A stretch of DNA of 46,431 bases from Polyangiales bacterium (GCA_038230375.1 JBBRNJ010000070.1:1-46431); one strand, 5' to 3'; counted from the first letter of the stretch, positions 20,416 to 30,656 are shown. The notes: generated by a model from the sequence alone, not told the origin. Numbers and translations: made by a program.

Positions 20416-21534
20416 TCAGCCGCCCCACTCGAAGCCGTAGTGCAGGATCGATGTCTCCGACGCGCTGATCCAGTGGACCCGCTGCGGGGCGATCGCAAAC
20501 CGCGTGTTGATGGCGATGTTGTTGGTGATGATGTTCGCCTTCCCCCCGGTGACCTGGATCTCCACGAGCCCCTGGCCGATGACGTTCGCGTAGAGGAAGC
20601 CCGCGGTCTCCTCGATCTGCTGCACCTGACTCTTGCCATAGAGATTGAAGAACGTCTCCGTCGCCGGGTCACGCATCCACACACCCACGCGCGTGGCCAG
20701 GAAGATGTTGCCTGCGGCATCCGCCGTCACGTCGAACACAGGCGGTAGCGTGCCGTCGCCCTTCACGGCGGCGGGGAGCGCGAGCGTAGTGATGTCTGCG
20801 ATTCCGAGCCTCACGATGAACACGTTGTTGTTGTCCGCGCCGTAGAGCATGTCACCCACGACATGGAAGCCATTGCCACCTTGGAGCGGGTTCGAATAGT
20901 GCACGCCCGTGGATGTATGCGTTGCACCGTCGATCTTCGATACGCACTGGGTGGTATCGGACTCGGCGTAGAGATCACTACCGATCGCGAGCAGCTCCGC
21001 ACCAGCGACGTGCTGCGACAGCACACTGACCACGCCGCCCGCGCTCGTCTTCAGATCGCCCTTCGCGCCTACACCATCCATCCACACGAGGTTCGCGCCG
21101 CTCGCGTCCGCGCCGCGATATGCGAGTGACAGCGCGATGCCGATGTCAGTGCCCGCGAGGACGAGGCTCTTCTTCCCTTGCGTAGCACCGGGGACGATCT
21201 CGTAGAGGCCGGTACCTGCCGCGGCGCCACCGGTGCCGTTGTCGTAGACGGTCTCCGCGGCGTAGAGGTTGCCGTTCGCGCCGAGCGTCATCGCCGTGAA
21301 CTGCCCCTTCTGCGAGATGGCATCCACGACGATGGCGGAGCTCACCGGCTTCCCCATGTCCGGGCCGGGGTCGGGGCTCGAAGGGCCAGGGCTGAAGCCC
21401 GGAGCGTCCGGATTGCCGGGCGGTTGCTGGTTTCCGTCGTCGCCCGGGTTGCCGCCTGCAGGAGAGCTGCGCGCCACGGCTCCACCGCAGCCCGCGAGGA
21501 GGTAGAGAGCAGCGACGCAAAGAGGGAGCTTCAT
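20416..21534 (-). CDS. Hypothetical lipoprotein, probable beta-propeller
   Basis: Lipobox LAGC, Pro/Gly linker, repeated beta-strand blades (GNLYA, SDLYA, GDMLY, GNIFL). Confidence 0.72.
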   Translation of the reverse strand: MKLPLCVAALYLLAGCGGAVARSSPAGGNPGDDGNQQPPGNPDAPGFSPGPSSPDPGPDMGKPVSSAIVVDAISQKGQFTAMTLGANGNLYAAETVYDNGTGGAAAGTGLYEIVPGATQGKKSLVLAGTDIGIALSLAYRGADASGANLVWMDGVGAKGDLKTSAGGVVSVLSQHVAGAELLAIGSDLYAESDTTQCVSKIDGATHTSTGVHYSNPLQGGNGFHVVGDMLYGADNNNVFIVRLGIADITTLALPAAVKGDGTLPPVFDVTADAAGNIFLATRVGVWMRDPATETFFNLYGKSQVQQIEETAGFLYANVIGQGLVEIQVTGGKANIITNNIAINTRFAIAPQRVHWISASETSILHYGFEWGG

Positions 21535-21651
21535 GCGCCGGGCGGGAGCAACATCCGAGCCACGCTGGGGAGGCGGGATTCACGGGGAGAAACGGGTGTG
21601 CCGCGCGGGATGGGTGGCACAGGTGCGATCTTCGTGACGTGATCGCGTGCG

Positions 21652-22683
21652 CTAGCGGTCGCCTTGGTGGAACGATTTGTAGGCGGCTACATCTGTCTTG
21701 GAGCCGATGACGAGCGGGGTTCGCTGGTGGAGCTTTTGCGGGACGATGTCCAGGATCCGATTTTTTCCGTCCGTTGCGGCTCCTCCTGCTTGCTCGAAGA
21801 GGTAGGCCATTGGATTGGCTTCGTAGAGGAGCCGTAGCTTGCCCTCGGGGCTCTTCTTGTCTGCGGGGTAGGCGAAGATCCCGCCCTTCAGGAGCGTGCG
21901 ATGCGCGTCCGCGACCATGGAGCCGACGTAGCGGTGGCCGTAGGGGCGCTCGTCCGCCTTGTCCTCTTCCTTGATCCACGTGCACCACTTCTGTGTGGAC
22001 TTGTCCCAGCGCGAGTAGTTGCCCTCGTTGATGGAGTACGTGGAGCCCTTCTCGGGGCAGACGATGTCCGGGTGCGACAGGAAGAACTCGCCCACGTTCG
22101 GATCGAGCGTGAAGCCGTGAACGCCGTGACCCGTGGAGAGCACGAACTGCGTCGACGGTCCGTAGAGCACGTAGCCCGCGCAGACGATCTCGCGGCCGGG
22201 GCAAAGCGCGTCCTGCAGGTTCGGCGGCATCTTCGGCTCGCTCCGGCGAAGCACTGCAAAGATGGTCCCGATGCTCACGTTGGTGTCGATGTTGGAGGAG
22301 CCGTCGAGCGGATCGAACAGCACCACGTACTTGCCGGGGTGCTCCTGGAACTTCGCCTCGTCGAGCTCTTCGCTGCCGATGACGCCGCAGTGCCCGCTGC
22401 GCTGGAGGACGTTCACCAGCACGTCGTTCGCGAAGATGTCGAGCTTCTGCACCTGCTCGCCCTGCACGTTCGTCTCGCCCGTGTAGCCGAGCATGCCGGC
22501 AAGACCCGCCGCGGAGACGCGCGAGTTGATGATGCGCACCGCGAGCGAGATGTGATTGATGAGCGACGTGAACTCGCCCGTGGCACCCGGCGCCGCCCGC
22601 ATTCCGGAGAGCACGTGCTCGCGCAGCGTGGTCCCGATGAGGGTCGACTCGTGGACGCGCATGGAGGGAATGCTTTCGGTCAT
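21652..22683 (-). CDS. fbp: Fructose-1,6-bisphosphatase class 1
   Basis: NVQGEQVQKLD, SEE, FDPLDGSSNID, RYVGSMVAD, GKLRLLYE. Confidence 0.97.
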   Translation of the reverse strand: MTESIPSMRVHESTLIGTTLREHVLSGMRAAPGATGEFTSLINHISLAVRIINSRVSAAGLAGMLGYTGETNVQGEQVQKLDIFANDVLVNVLQRSGHCGVIGSEELDEAKFQEHPGKYVVLFDPLDGSSNIDTNVSIGTIFAVLRRSEPKMPPNLQDALCPGREIVCAGYVLYGPSTQFVLSTGHGVHGFTLDPNVGEFFLSHPDIVCPEKGSTYSINEGNYSRWDKSTQKWCTWIKEEDKADERPYGHRYVGSMVADAHRTLLKGGIFAYPADKKSPEGKLRLLYEANPMAYLFEQAGGAATDGKNRILDIVPQKLHQRTPLVIGSKTDVAAYKSFHQGDR

Positions 22684-22825
22684 GGCAGAGGCACGTTCGC
22701 CAATCTTCGGGAAAAACGCGAGAGCCGTGTATCACCTCATCGATGAGTTACGCCGCATCCGGTCGCGCATCTCTGCGATTGCTGGTCGCAGGTCTCGTCG
22801 CAAGCGAGCCCTGACTCCGGCACTT

Positions 22826-22969
22826 CGACCTCGACCCCGACCTCAACCCCGACCCCGACCCCGACCCCGACTTCGACCCCGACCTCGACCCCGACCTCGA
22901 CCCCGACCTCGACCCCGACCCCGACTTCGACTTCGACCCCGACCTCGACCCCGACCTCGACCCTGACCC
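22826..22969 (+). repeat. Tandem hexamer array (CGACYY) x24
   Basis: In-register units CGACCC/CGACCT/CGACTT with one CAACCC and a terminal TGACCC; ends 23 bp before GTG 22993. Confidence 0.97.
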
Positions 22970-22992
22970 TTGGCCCTATTACCCTCGTCGAC

Positions 22993-24249
22993 GTGGACCT
23001 TCGTTTGAAGAACCTCGAGGCTCTCGACGATCGCGCGGTTGCCCTGCCTCATGGGACCGAGGTGGTGACCCGCGTGGATCGGATCGTCGGCGAGCACCGG
23101 GTGCCGCGCGGGTCTGTGGGTCGCGTCAGCCGCGAGGCGGACGGCGACTCGTTGCTCGTGACCATCGTGGGCGTGGGGGCGGTGGCGTTCGAGCGCGACG
23201 AGCTCACCGTGCGGCGCGTGGGGCAGATGCTCTTCGCGCATCGTCGTGCGAATGCGTGGGATGCGCTCCGGCCCTGCGTGGTGCTCGAGACCGTCGTGGG
23301 CTCGCAGGCGTGGGGCCTGGCGGACGAGAGCTCCGACACGGATCGCAGAGGAGTCTTCGCGCTACCGTTTCCGTGGACGCAGGGGCTCGTCGCCCCACCG
23401 GAAGATCTGGTGAGCGCCGATGGCAGCGAGACGTACTGGGCCGCGGGCAAGGCGATCCGCCAGGCGATGCGCGCGGACCCGAACACGCTGGAAACCCTAT
23501 TTTTGCCGACCGCGAAGGCCACGGACCCCATCGGCGAATGGCTGCTCGCGGAGCGCGATGCGTTCGTCTCCGTGGAGCTGTTTGGCACGTTCGGTCGCTA
23601 TGCGCTCGGGCAGCTGCGAAAACTGTCGCAGAGCTTGCGGCTCGCGGAGCATCGCAGCGTGGTGCTCGGGTGGCTTCGCGCGGAGCCTTCGCTCGGGCTC
23701 GATGCGGTCGCCGACAGACTCGCGGCGGTGTCCACGCGCGAGGCGGCGTCACCCGCAGACAGGGTCCATCAGGCGAAGGAGTACGTGAAGCAGCTCTATC
23801 GCTCGATGGCGGATCAGGGCCTCCTGGACGCGAACGAGTTCGCAGCGCTCGTTCGCTTTGCGCGCGTGAGGTCCGCGGACTTCGAGCTCCCGCGTGAGCT
23901 GCGTCCGAAGAACGCCTACAACCTGATCCGCTTGCTCGTGACCGCCACGCACTGGCTTCGCGAAGGGATACCCGCGTTCGAGATGCTGGGAGAGACTCGC
24001 TCGCGCCTCCTTCGGATCAAGAACGGAGATGTGCCGCTCGCGGACGTGCTCGCGGAGGCAGAGGCCATGGCACCCGATCTGGAACGCGCACGCGACGAGT
24101 CACGCCTGCCGCGGAGGCCGGATGTGGCCCGTGCCGATGCGCTCGCGAGGCGGATCGGCGAGGAGCTCGCGCGTCGCTGGATCACACTAGAAAAAGGCCA
24201 CTTCGGCGCGAATGCGCCGATGCCACCCGAGGTCACATGGCAGGAGTGA
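22993..24249 (+). CDS. Pol-beta-superfamily nucleotidyltransferase (RlaP/YcgL-like) with extra N-terminal beta-barrel and helical insertion
   Basis: VVGSQAWGLADESSDTDRRGVF (GS...DxD), ADPNTLETLF, RPKNAYNLIRLL. Confidence 0.85.
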   Translation: MDLRLKNLEALDDRAVALPHGTEVVTRVDRIVGEHRVPRGSVGRVSREADGDSLLVTIVGVGAVAFERDELTVRRVGQMLFAHRRANAWDALRPCVVLETVVGSQAWGLADESSDTDRRGVFALPFPWTQGLVAPPEDLVSADGSETYWAAGKAIRQAMRADPNTLETLFLPTAKATDPIGEWLLAERDAFVSVELFGTFGRYALGQLRKLSQSLRLAEHRSVVLGWLRAEPSLGLDAVADRLAAVSTREAASPADRVHQAKEYVKQLYRSMADQGLLDANEFAALVRFARVRSADFELPRELRPKNAYNLIRLLVTATHWLREGIPAFEMLGETRSRLLRIKNGDVPLADVLAEAEAMAPDLERARDESRLPRRPDVARADALARRIGEELARRWITLEKGHFGANAPMPPEVTWQE

Positions 24250-25034
24250 GTAGAGAGAGCGTGGCAGAGGTCCTGTCCGAGCAGCAGCGCAAGATCATGG
24301 CGCGCGTGCTCCGCGAAGAGGAGGACCATCGCGAGCACGTCGTCGTCTATCTGAGCGGCGCGCACGCGTACGGTTTTCCGTCACCCGACAGCGACCTGGA
24401 CCTGAAGGCGATCCACGTGGCGAAGACCTCTGACCTGCTCGGCTTCGAGGTGCCGCCATCCACGATCGACCGCGCGGAGGTGATCGGGGGCGTCGAGATC
24501 GACTACACGTCGAACGAGCTCGCGCACGCGCTCTCCGGCATCCTCGCCGGCAACGGGAACTTCATCGAGCGCGTGCTCGGGCGGATGGCGGCCCAGGAGT
24601 CGGGGCTGCTGTCCGAGCTGCGGCCGATCGCAAAGCGTGCGCTCTGCCGCCGCGTGCACCGGCACTACAGAGGCTTCGCGCAGAACCAGCTGCGATTCCT
24701 GGAGAAGGAGCCCACCGCGAAGAAGCTCCTGTACGTGCTGAGGACCGCGCTCACGGGGATCCATCTGCTGGAGGCAGGAGAGCTGGAGGCAGATCTCACA
24801 CGCCTGATGACGGAGTACGGCGTCCCGGAGGCGGCAGCGCTGGTGGAACGAAAGAAGGCGGGAGAGCGCGTGGCGCTGGCGCCGGAAGTGGTGGACGCGT
24901 GGCGCCCGCAAGTGGAGGGATTGTTCGCGCGCCTGGATGCAGCGGAGAAGGAGAGCAAGTTGCCAGAGCATCCGACGAACGAAGACGAGCTGCGCAACTG
25001 GCTCCTCTCGGTAAGACGTCGCCGCTTCGACTGA
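24246..25034 (+). CDS. Pol-beta-superfamily nucleotidyltransferase (RlaP/YcgL-like)
   Basis: YLSGAHAYGFPSPDSDLDLKAIH, GNGNFIE, KKLLYVLR; GTG 24246 overlaps the upstream TGA (GTGA). Alternative start is ATG 24237. Confidence 0.88.
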   Translation: MSRESVAEVLSEQQRKIMARVLREEEDHREHVVVYLSGAHAYGFPSPDSDLDLKAIHVAKTSDLLGFEVPPSTIDRAEVIGGVEIDYTSNELAHALSGILAGNGNFIERVLGRMAAQESGLLSELRPIAKRALCRRVHRHYRGFAQNQLRFLEKEPTAKKLLYVLRTALTGIHLLEAGELEADLTRLMTEYGVPEAAALVERKKAGERVALAPEVVDAWRPQVEGLFARLDAAEKESKLPEHPTNEDELRNWLLSVRRRRFD

Positions 25035-25161
25035 CGACCTCGACTTCGACTTCGACCTCGACCTCGACCTCGACCTCGACCTCGACCTCGACTTCGACTT
25101 TAGACCTCGACCTCGACTTCAACTTCGACCTCGACCCCGACTTCGACCTCGACTTCGACCC
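25035..25161 (+). repeat. Tandem hexamer array (CGACYY) x21
   Basis: Begins at the first base after the stop codon; 11 units, one inserted T at 25101, then 10 units; mostly CGACCT/CGACTT. Confidence 0.97.
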
Positions 25162-25273
25162 TTTGATTTCCGGCCGTTCACGTTCACGTTCGCTGGGCGA
25201 GGGCACTCTTGAACAGTAGTGGACCCAGGGATACCCTCTGCCCCTCATCATCATCCTCGGGAGAACACACGCC

Positions 25274-26200
25274 ATGGCCGCTACTGATCGCGTCAAACAA
25301 ATCCTGTCCTGGTACGGCTCGGACAACCCCGGCACCAAGGCGAACCTCGCGCGGATGCTGAACCACGGCACGCTCGCTGGCACCGGCAAGATGGTGATCC
25401 TTCCGGTCGACCAGGGCTTCGAGCATGGGCCCGCCCGCTCGTTCCAGCCCAACCCGGATGCGTACGATCCGGACTACCACGCGCAGCTCGCGATCGACTC
25501 CGGCTGCAACGCCTACGCGGCGCCGCTCGGCTTCATCGAGGCGGTCGCCGACAAGTTCGCCGGCCAGATCCCGCTCATTCTCAAGTTGAACAACTCCGAC
25601 ACGCTCGCCAAGGTCGAGCAGCCGTGCAGCGCCATCACCGGCAGCGTGCAGGATGCCCTTCGCCTTGGCTGCAGCGCTATCGGCTACACGATCTACCCGG
25701 GCTCGGGCTACCGCAACCAGATGTACGAGGACCTTCGCGCGCTCATCGAAGAGGGCAAGGCCAACGGCATCCCGACGGTGCTCTGGGCGTACCCGCGCGG
25801 CGCAGGCATGTCCAAGGACGGCGAGCAGGCGGCGGACATCACGGCGTATGCCGCGCAGATCTCCGCGCAGCTCGGCGCGCATGTCATCAAGATCAAGCCG
25901 CCGAAGGACTTCATCGAGCAGCCGGAGGCCAAGAAGGTCTTCGAGAAGTACAACATCCCCACGAAGACCCTCGCGGACCGCGTCCGTCATTGCGTGCAGA
26001 GTGCATTCAATGGCAAGCGCATCGTGATCTTCTCGGGCGGTGAGGCGAAGGACACGCCGGCGGTGCTCGAAGAGGTGAAGGGTCTTGCGGATGGCGGCGC
26101 GTTCGGCAGCATCATGGGCCGCAATGCGTTCCAGCGTCCCAAGCCGGAGGCCGTGAAGCTCCTCCAGGACGTGATGGCGATCTTCAAGAACGCCAAGTAA
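25274..26200 (+). CDS. fbaB: Class I fructose-bisphosphate aldolase (DhnA type)
   Basis: ILPVDQGFEHGP, LILKLN, GYTIYPGS, VLWAYPRG, IFSGG, IMGRNAFQR. Confidence 0.93.
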   Translation: MAATDRVKQILSWYGSDNPGTKANLARMLNHGTLAGTGKMVILPVDQGFEHGPARSFQPNPDAYDPDYHAQLAIDSGCNAYAAPLGFIEAVADKFAGQIPLILKLNNSDTLAKVEQPCSAITGSVQDALRLGCSAIGYTIYPGSGYRNQMYEDLRALIEEGKANGIPTVLWAYPRGAGMSKDGEQAADITAYAAQISAQLGAHVIKIKPPKDFIEQPEAKKVFEKYNIPTKTLADRVRHCVQSAFNGKRIVIFSGGEAKDTPAVLEEVKGLADGGAFGSIMGRNAFQRPKPEAVKLLQDVMAIFKNAK

Positions 26201-26261
26201 ACACGCCGCAGCATGGAGGATGGGCGCTTCAACAATCCCATCACGCCGGCGACTCCGACAC

Positions 26262-26307
26262 ATCCCCCGCTGTCGCACCTGAACGTGCGGCGCGGGGGAT
26301 TTTTTTT
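26262..26307 (+). terminator. Rho-independent terminator after fbaB
   Basis: ATCCCCCGC-TGTCGCAC...GTGCGGC-GCGGGGGAT hairpin followed by a T run (26300-26307). Confidence 0.8.
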
Positions 26308-26356
26308 GGCGACGGGCGCCCCCTAAACCCGTGTGCTAACTGGACAGACTCGGCCA

Positions 26357-27646
26357 ATGACCATCCGAACATCCTTCCTCCTCCCCTCGCTTCTCATGTT
26401 CTCGATCGCCGGCCTGATGGGAGGGGGCGCAGTTGCATGCTCGTCCACGACCTACGTGCACAACCCTGCTGCCGACAGTGATGGCGGCGACGGGACCGGA
26501 ACGGACACGGAGGGTGGCGCGACCGTCATGGATGACGCCGGCCCGCCGGTCAGCGCGGACCACGGTCCCTACCCTGCCCCCACTGGGCCCAAGCCGAAGG
26601 TGGAGAACGCGGGCGGCTCGGTGCTGAAGGCGCCGCACATCATCCCCGTGTTCTTTCCGGGCGACGCCCTGCAGACGCAGCTGATGGATTTTCTCACGAA
26701 GCTCGCTCCATCGCAGTTCCTGTCCGCCAACGTCAGCGAGTACGGCGTTGGCGCAACCACCATCGGCGCGCCGGTCGTCATGGCCTCGAACCCACCGACG
26801 TCGCTCAACACGAACAGCATGGAGACGTACGTCGCGACCAACGTCATCCCGAAAGCGGCCTCGGACGCGAACTCGCTCTTCGTGATCTTCATCCCCGCAA
26901 CCACATTTGTCACGCTGGGCGGGAGCAGCCAGACGTGCAAGGACGTTGGCGGCTACCACGAGAGCACGACGGGCGGAAAACAGGTGGCCTACGCCATTGT
27001 TCCGCGCTGCGCCAAGTTCGGGAACATGAACAACCCGCTCGACATCACGACGTCCTCCACCACACACGAGATCGTCGAGGCGATGACGGATCCGTATCCG
27101 AACCAGAGCCCCGCCTACAACACGCTTGATGCGAACCACCTCCTCTGGGAGTACATGCTGGGCGGCGCCGAGATCGGTGACATGTGCGCGCAGTCGCTGC
27201 ACTCGTTCGGATTGAACGCGGAGCTCGGGTACACGGTCCAGCGCTCGTGGTCGAACAAGGCGGCTGCAGCAAGCCACGATCCGTGCGTGCCGCAGGCCAC
27301 GGGAGAAGTCTACTTCAACGCCATCTACGAACCCACTGACTCCGTTGACGTGGGTGGAGGCATGACCACCAAGGCTATGGCGCTTGCGGTCGGCCAGAGC
27401 AAGACCGTGGATGTCACGCTCATCAGCGACGGCCCCATGAATGCTTTCAACGTGACCGCCGTTTCGCTGAACGGCGACGTCAGCATCACCTTCGACAAGA
27501 AGACCGGCTACAACGGTGACAAGCTGAAGATGACGGTGAAGCTCCTCTCCACTCCGACCGGGGGCAACTCAATCGCGCCGTTCTTCATCCTCTCCACCTA
27601 CGGCAAGGTGGAGCAGATCTGGCCGGTGGCCGTGGTCGCCAACTAG
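26357..27646 (+). CDS. Secreted lipoprotein with Phi-1/EXORDIUM-like HExxE domain
   Basis: Lipobox [36 protein letters not shown]. Confidence 0.7.
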   Translation: MTIRTSFLLPSLLMFSIAGLMGGGAVACSSTTYVHNPAADSDGGDGTGTDTEGGATVMDDAGPPVSADHGPYPAPTGPKPKVENAGGSVLKAPHIIPVFFPGDALQTQLMDFLTKLAPSQFLSANVSEYGVGATTIGAPVVMASNPPTSLNTNSMETYVATNVIPKAASDANSLFVIFIPATTFVTLGGSSQTCKDVGGYHESTTGGKQVAYAIVPRCAKFGNMNNPLDITTSSTTHEIVEAMTDPYPNQSPAYNTLDANHLLWEYMLGGAEIGDMCAQSLHSFGLNAELGYTVQRSWSNKAAAASHDPCVPQATGEVYFNAIYEPTDSVDVGGGMTTKAMALAVGQSKTVDVTLISDGPMNAFNVTAVSLNGDVSITFDKKTGYNGDKLKMTVKLLSTPTGGNSIAPFFILSTYGKVEQIWPVAVVAN

Positions 27647-27678
27647 TCGCGGCGTCCAGCTCGGCAAAGGGGAGTCCA

Positions 27679-28092
27679 GTGAAGGCCCATACGGAGTACT
27701 TCGTCTTCAACACGAAGAAGAAGCGCGAGCTCGTTCGCCTGACGCCGCGCCTGGAGACCGTCCTCACGAAGAGCGGCATCCAGGAAGGGATGATGCTGGT
27801 GTCCGCCATGCACATCACCGCCGCGGTCTTCGTGAACGACGACGAGAGCGGCCTCCATGAGGACATCTGGGAGTGGCTCGAAAAGCTCGCGCCGTTCCGT
27901 GCAGAATACAAGCATCACCGCACGGGCGAAGACAACGGCGACGCGCACCTGAAGTCGATGCTCGTCCACCACGAGGTGATCGTCCCCATCACCAAGGGCC
28001 GCCTGGATCTGGGGCCGTGGCAGCAGATCTTCTACGCGGAGTTCGACGGTCAGCGTGACAAGCGCCTCATCGTGAAGGTCCTGGGCATATGA
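27679..28092 (+). CDS. yjbQ: YjbQ/UPF0047 secondary thiamine-phosphate synthase family protein
   Basis: [38 protein letters not shown]. Confidence 0.92.
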   Translation: MKAHTEYFVFNTKKKRELVRLTPRLETVLTKSGIQEGMMLVSAMHITAAVFVNDDESGLHEDIWEWLEKLAPFRAEYKHHRTGEDNGDAHLKSMLVHHEVIVPITKGRLDLGPWQQIFYAEFDGQRDKRLIVKVLGI

Positions 28093-29501
28093 TCCGGAAG
28101 GCGGGCATGGCGGCGCTCGCGTGCCTCGTGTTGACGGCGTGTCCGGCGGCCAGGGCGCCCACCCCCGCGACCGATAATGGCGGCGTGGCTCGCGGCGGGA
28201 GAGCACCCGCGGAGTCATTCTCTGACGACGAGCGGCTGGTGCTTTCGCGCGTGGCGGTCACGGACGGAAGGATCGTGCGGCGAACGGGGCTCGCGCCCAC
28301 CGACAAGGACACGGACCTGGCGGCCATGAGCATCATCGGCGGCGATAGCGCGAATGCCATGGTGGTGGACGGCACGCTGGACCCGTTCTCCTTCGACGCA
28401 CGGAAGAAGATGCTCGTGTCCGCGAAGGAGCTCGCCGCGCGCCTGCCCGACGCGGCGCCCACACAGCTGGAGAAGCAAGCGCTGTCCCGGCTCATCGACG
28501 AGGAGCTCGCACGCGTGGAAGAGGAGCGGATCCTGCCGCAGAGCGCGAGCGCGCTCATCGACGCGATGTCCGGCGCTCTGGTGTCCCCCGTCGGGGGTAA
28601 CGAAGCGCGGGACGCGGGCGACCGCGCGAAGCGTGACGTGTGGCTAGCGCGGCGGCTCGACGAGATCGGTGTAACCTACAAGGATCATCCGTTGCCGGCG
28701 CAGCTGCGCGCCGAGCTCGACGACGCGCTGGATCCCCTGGAAAAGAAGGCAGCTGGATACCCGGCGACCGTGGCGGCCGTGTCGAGGCTGCGCGATCAGC
28801 TGGAGGACACGCACGCCCAGAGCCCAGCGCCGCTCACCACGGACGGAAGCGAGATCGTGTCCGTCTTCCGCGCGCACGTGGACCCGCGCCCCACGACCCT
28901 GCCCGCGTTGAACCAGGAGGCAGAGGACCTCATCGCGCACCTCCACACCGTCCTCCACGACCGGGAGATCAAGCTCACGGATGCGGCGGTTCGGAAGCTG
29001 GAGACGCGGGCGGGCAAGCTGCTCCTTGCGGACGGACCTTGCAAGCTGCTGGCGGAGAGTGGTCGCGTGCGCGGCATGCAGACGGCACGCGAGCGCGAGA
29101 GCGTGTGCAGGCTGGTGAGCTTGCTCGAAAGCACGGACGCGAATGATGAGGAGGCGGTGCTGGTTGCGTGGCTCGTGATGCGCGACGTGGCCGCCATGTC
29201 TCGCTGGGTGATCGCACCGGCGAAGAGCCGGCCTTCGCACCCGTTCTCCAGCACGGTGGAGATGGCGGACGCGCGCAGGCTGGAGCGCGGAGTCATCGCG
29301 CGTCCGGCCGCTGCGATCGCCGCGATGAAGGCGGCGGCGCTCCTGTTCTCCGGTGACTCGTTCCGCGCGGCGCAGAACCGCGCTCGCGCATGGCAGAAGC
29401 TGGGGGACCTGCCGCTCGACATGATCGAGCCGAGCCTGGGCGAGCGGCCGGTGCCACCACCACCGAAGACCGCCGCGCTCTTGCCCCTACAGGCGCGCTA
29501 G
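28089..29501 (+). CDS. Hypothetical helical lipoprotein
   Basis: ATGA overlap with yjbQ; lipobox LTAC; host-like codon usage. Confidence 0.75.
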   Translation: MIRKAGMAALACLVLTACPAARAPTPATDNGGVARGGRAPAESFSDDERLVLSRVAVTDGRIVRRTGLAPTDKDTDLAAMSIIGGDSANAMVVDGTLDPFSFDARKKMLVSAKELAARLPDAAPTQLEKQALSRLIDEELARVEEERILPQSASALIDAMSGALVSPVGGNEARDAGDRAKRDVWLARRLDEIGVTYKDHPLPAQLRAELDDALDPLEKKAAGYPATVAAVSRLRDQLEDTHAQSPAPLTTDGSEIVSVFRAHVDPRPTTLPALNQEAEDLIAHLHTVLHDREIKLTDAAVRKLETRAGKLLLADGPCKLLAESGRVRGMQTARERESVCRLVSLLESTDANDEEAVLVAWLVMRDVAAMSRWVIAPAKSRPSHPFSSTVEMADARRLERGVIARPAAAIAAMKAAALLFSGDSFRAAQNRARAWQKLGDLPLDMIEPSLGERPVPPPPKTAALLPLQAR

Positions 29502-30527
29502 CTTTTCCTCGACCATGATGTCGGCGATCTTGTAGGTGGGCGAGCCGAGCCTCTGCGAGCGCTCGGCGATGTCCGTGATGGTGTCGAAGATGGTGATCGT
29601 CTTGGCACGTGCTGCGGCTGCGTCGTAGCCCACGACCTCCTGCGCGACGTTGATGAGCCCGCCCGCGTTGATCGCATAGTCCGGCGCGTACAGGATGCCG
29701 CGCGCGTGCAGGTCGTCGCCGTGGCGCGGCTCTGCGAGCTGGTTGTTTGCGGCCCCCGCGACGATCGTGCACTGGATCTGCGGGATGGTCTGATCGTTCA
29801 GCGCGGAGCCGAGCGCGCACGGCGCGAGCACGTCGCACGGGATGCCGAAGATGTCCGCGAGCGCGACGATCTTTGCGCCGAACTCGCGCTGCGCGCGCTC
29901 CGCCTTCAGCGGGTCCACGTCCGCCACGGAGAGCTTGGCCCCCTGCGCGAAGAGCTCCCTGCACAGGTGGTAGCCCACGTGTCCCACGCCCTGCACCGCC
30001 ACGTGCACGCCCTCGAGCGACGACTTGCCCAGCTTGACCTGCACGCACGCCTCGATGCCGCGGCGCACACCCAGCGCAGTGAACGGCGACGGATCACCCG
30101 ACCCACCGTGCGACGTATCCACTCCGGTCACGTGCTCGGTGACGGTGCGGATCACCTCCATGTCCTCGAGCCCCGTGCCGCTGTCCTCTGCCGTGATGTA
30201 ACCGCCGCGCAGGTCGTCGATGAACCTGCCGAACGCGCGGAACAGCGCGACGCGATCGAAGTGCTGCGGCGGACGGATGATGACGCCCTTGCCCCCGCCG
30301 TGCGCCAGACCCGCGAGCGCGGCCTTGTACGTCATGCCCCGAGCAAGACGAAGCGCGTCGATGAGGGCGTCCTCTTCCTTGTCATACGGGAGGAAGCGAC
30401 AGCCACCGAGCGCGGGGCCAAGACGCGAATCGTGGATCGCGATGATGGCCTGGAGTCCCGTGCTCTTGTCACGCTTCACGTGAACGGCACCGTAGTCGTA
30501 CGCACCGAGCTGCTCGAAGAGGTCCAT
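29487..30527 (-). CDS. Leu/Phe/Val dehydrogenase
   Basis: GPALGGCR, GMTYK, GGGKGVI, YITAEDSGT, QGVGHVG, GAANNQL, APDYAINAGG. Confidence 0.94.
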   Translation of the reverse strand: MDLFEQLGAYDYGAVHVKRDKSTGLQAIIAIHDSRLGPALGGCRFLPYDKEEDALIDALRLARGMTYKAALAGLAHGGGKGVIIRPPQHFDRVALFRAFGRFIDDLRGGYITAEDSGTGLEDMEVIRTVTEHVTGVDTSHGGSGDPSPFTALGVRRGIEACVQVKLGKSSLEGVHVAVQGVGHVGYHLCRELFAQGAKLSVADVDPLKAERAQREFGAKIVALADIFGIPCDVLAPCALGSALNDQTIPQIQCTIVAGAANNQLAEPRHGDDLHARGILYAPDYAINAGGLINVAQEVVGYDAAAARAKTITIFDTITDIAERSQRLGSPTYKIADIMVEEKLARL

Positions 30528-30656
30528 GTCTCTCTCAGGATACACTTGTGAGAACGTTGACGTGAGACTTCAAAAGGTTGTTGCGGCAGCCGATCCGCGC
30601 AGCTACAACCGGCGCGGGTCAAGGACGGCTGGGTCGCTCTCGGGAGGAGTGACTCA

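Noticed and set aside
22556..22966. Poly-RP, poly-RG, poly-VE and poly-ST ORFs across the hexamer arrays (also 24796..25452, 24899..25219)
   Set aside because: These are translations of the repeats that overlap real genes on the other strand or frame; no RBS or coding signal.
22826..25161. Arrays as CRISPR repeats or transposon ends
   Set aside because: 6-bp units without spacers, direct rather than inverted, and no cas or transposase gene in the window.
26213..26326. 37-codon ORF or possible sRNA hairpin after fbaB
   Set aside because: It runs through the terminator and has no RBS; the GATGGG/CCCATC stem alone is insufficient to call an ncRNA.
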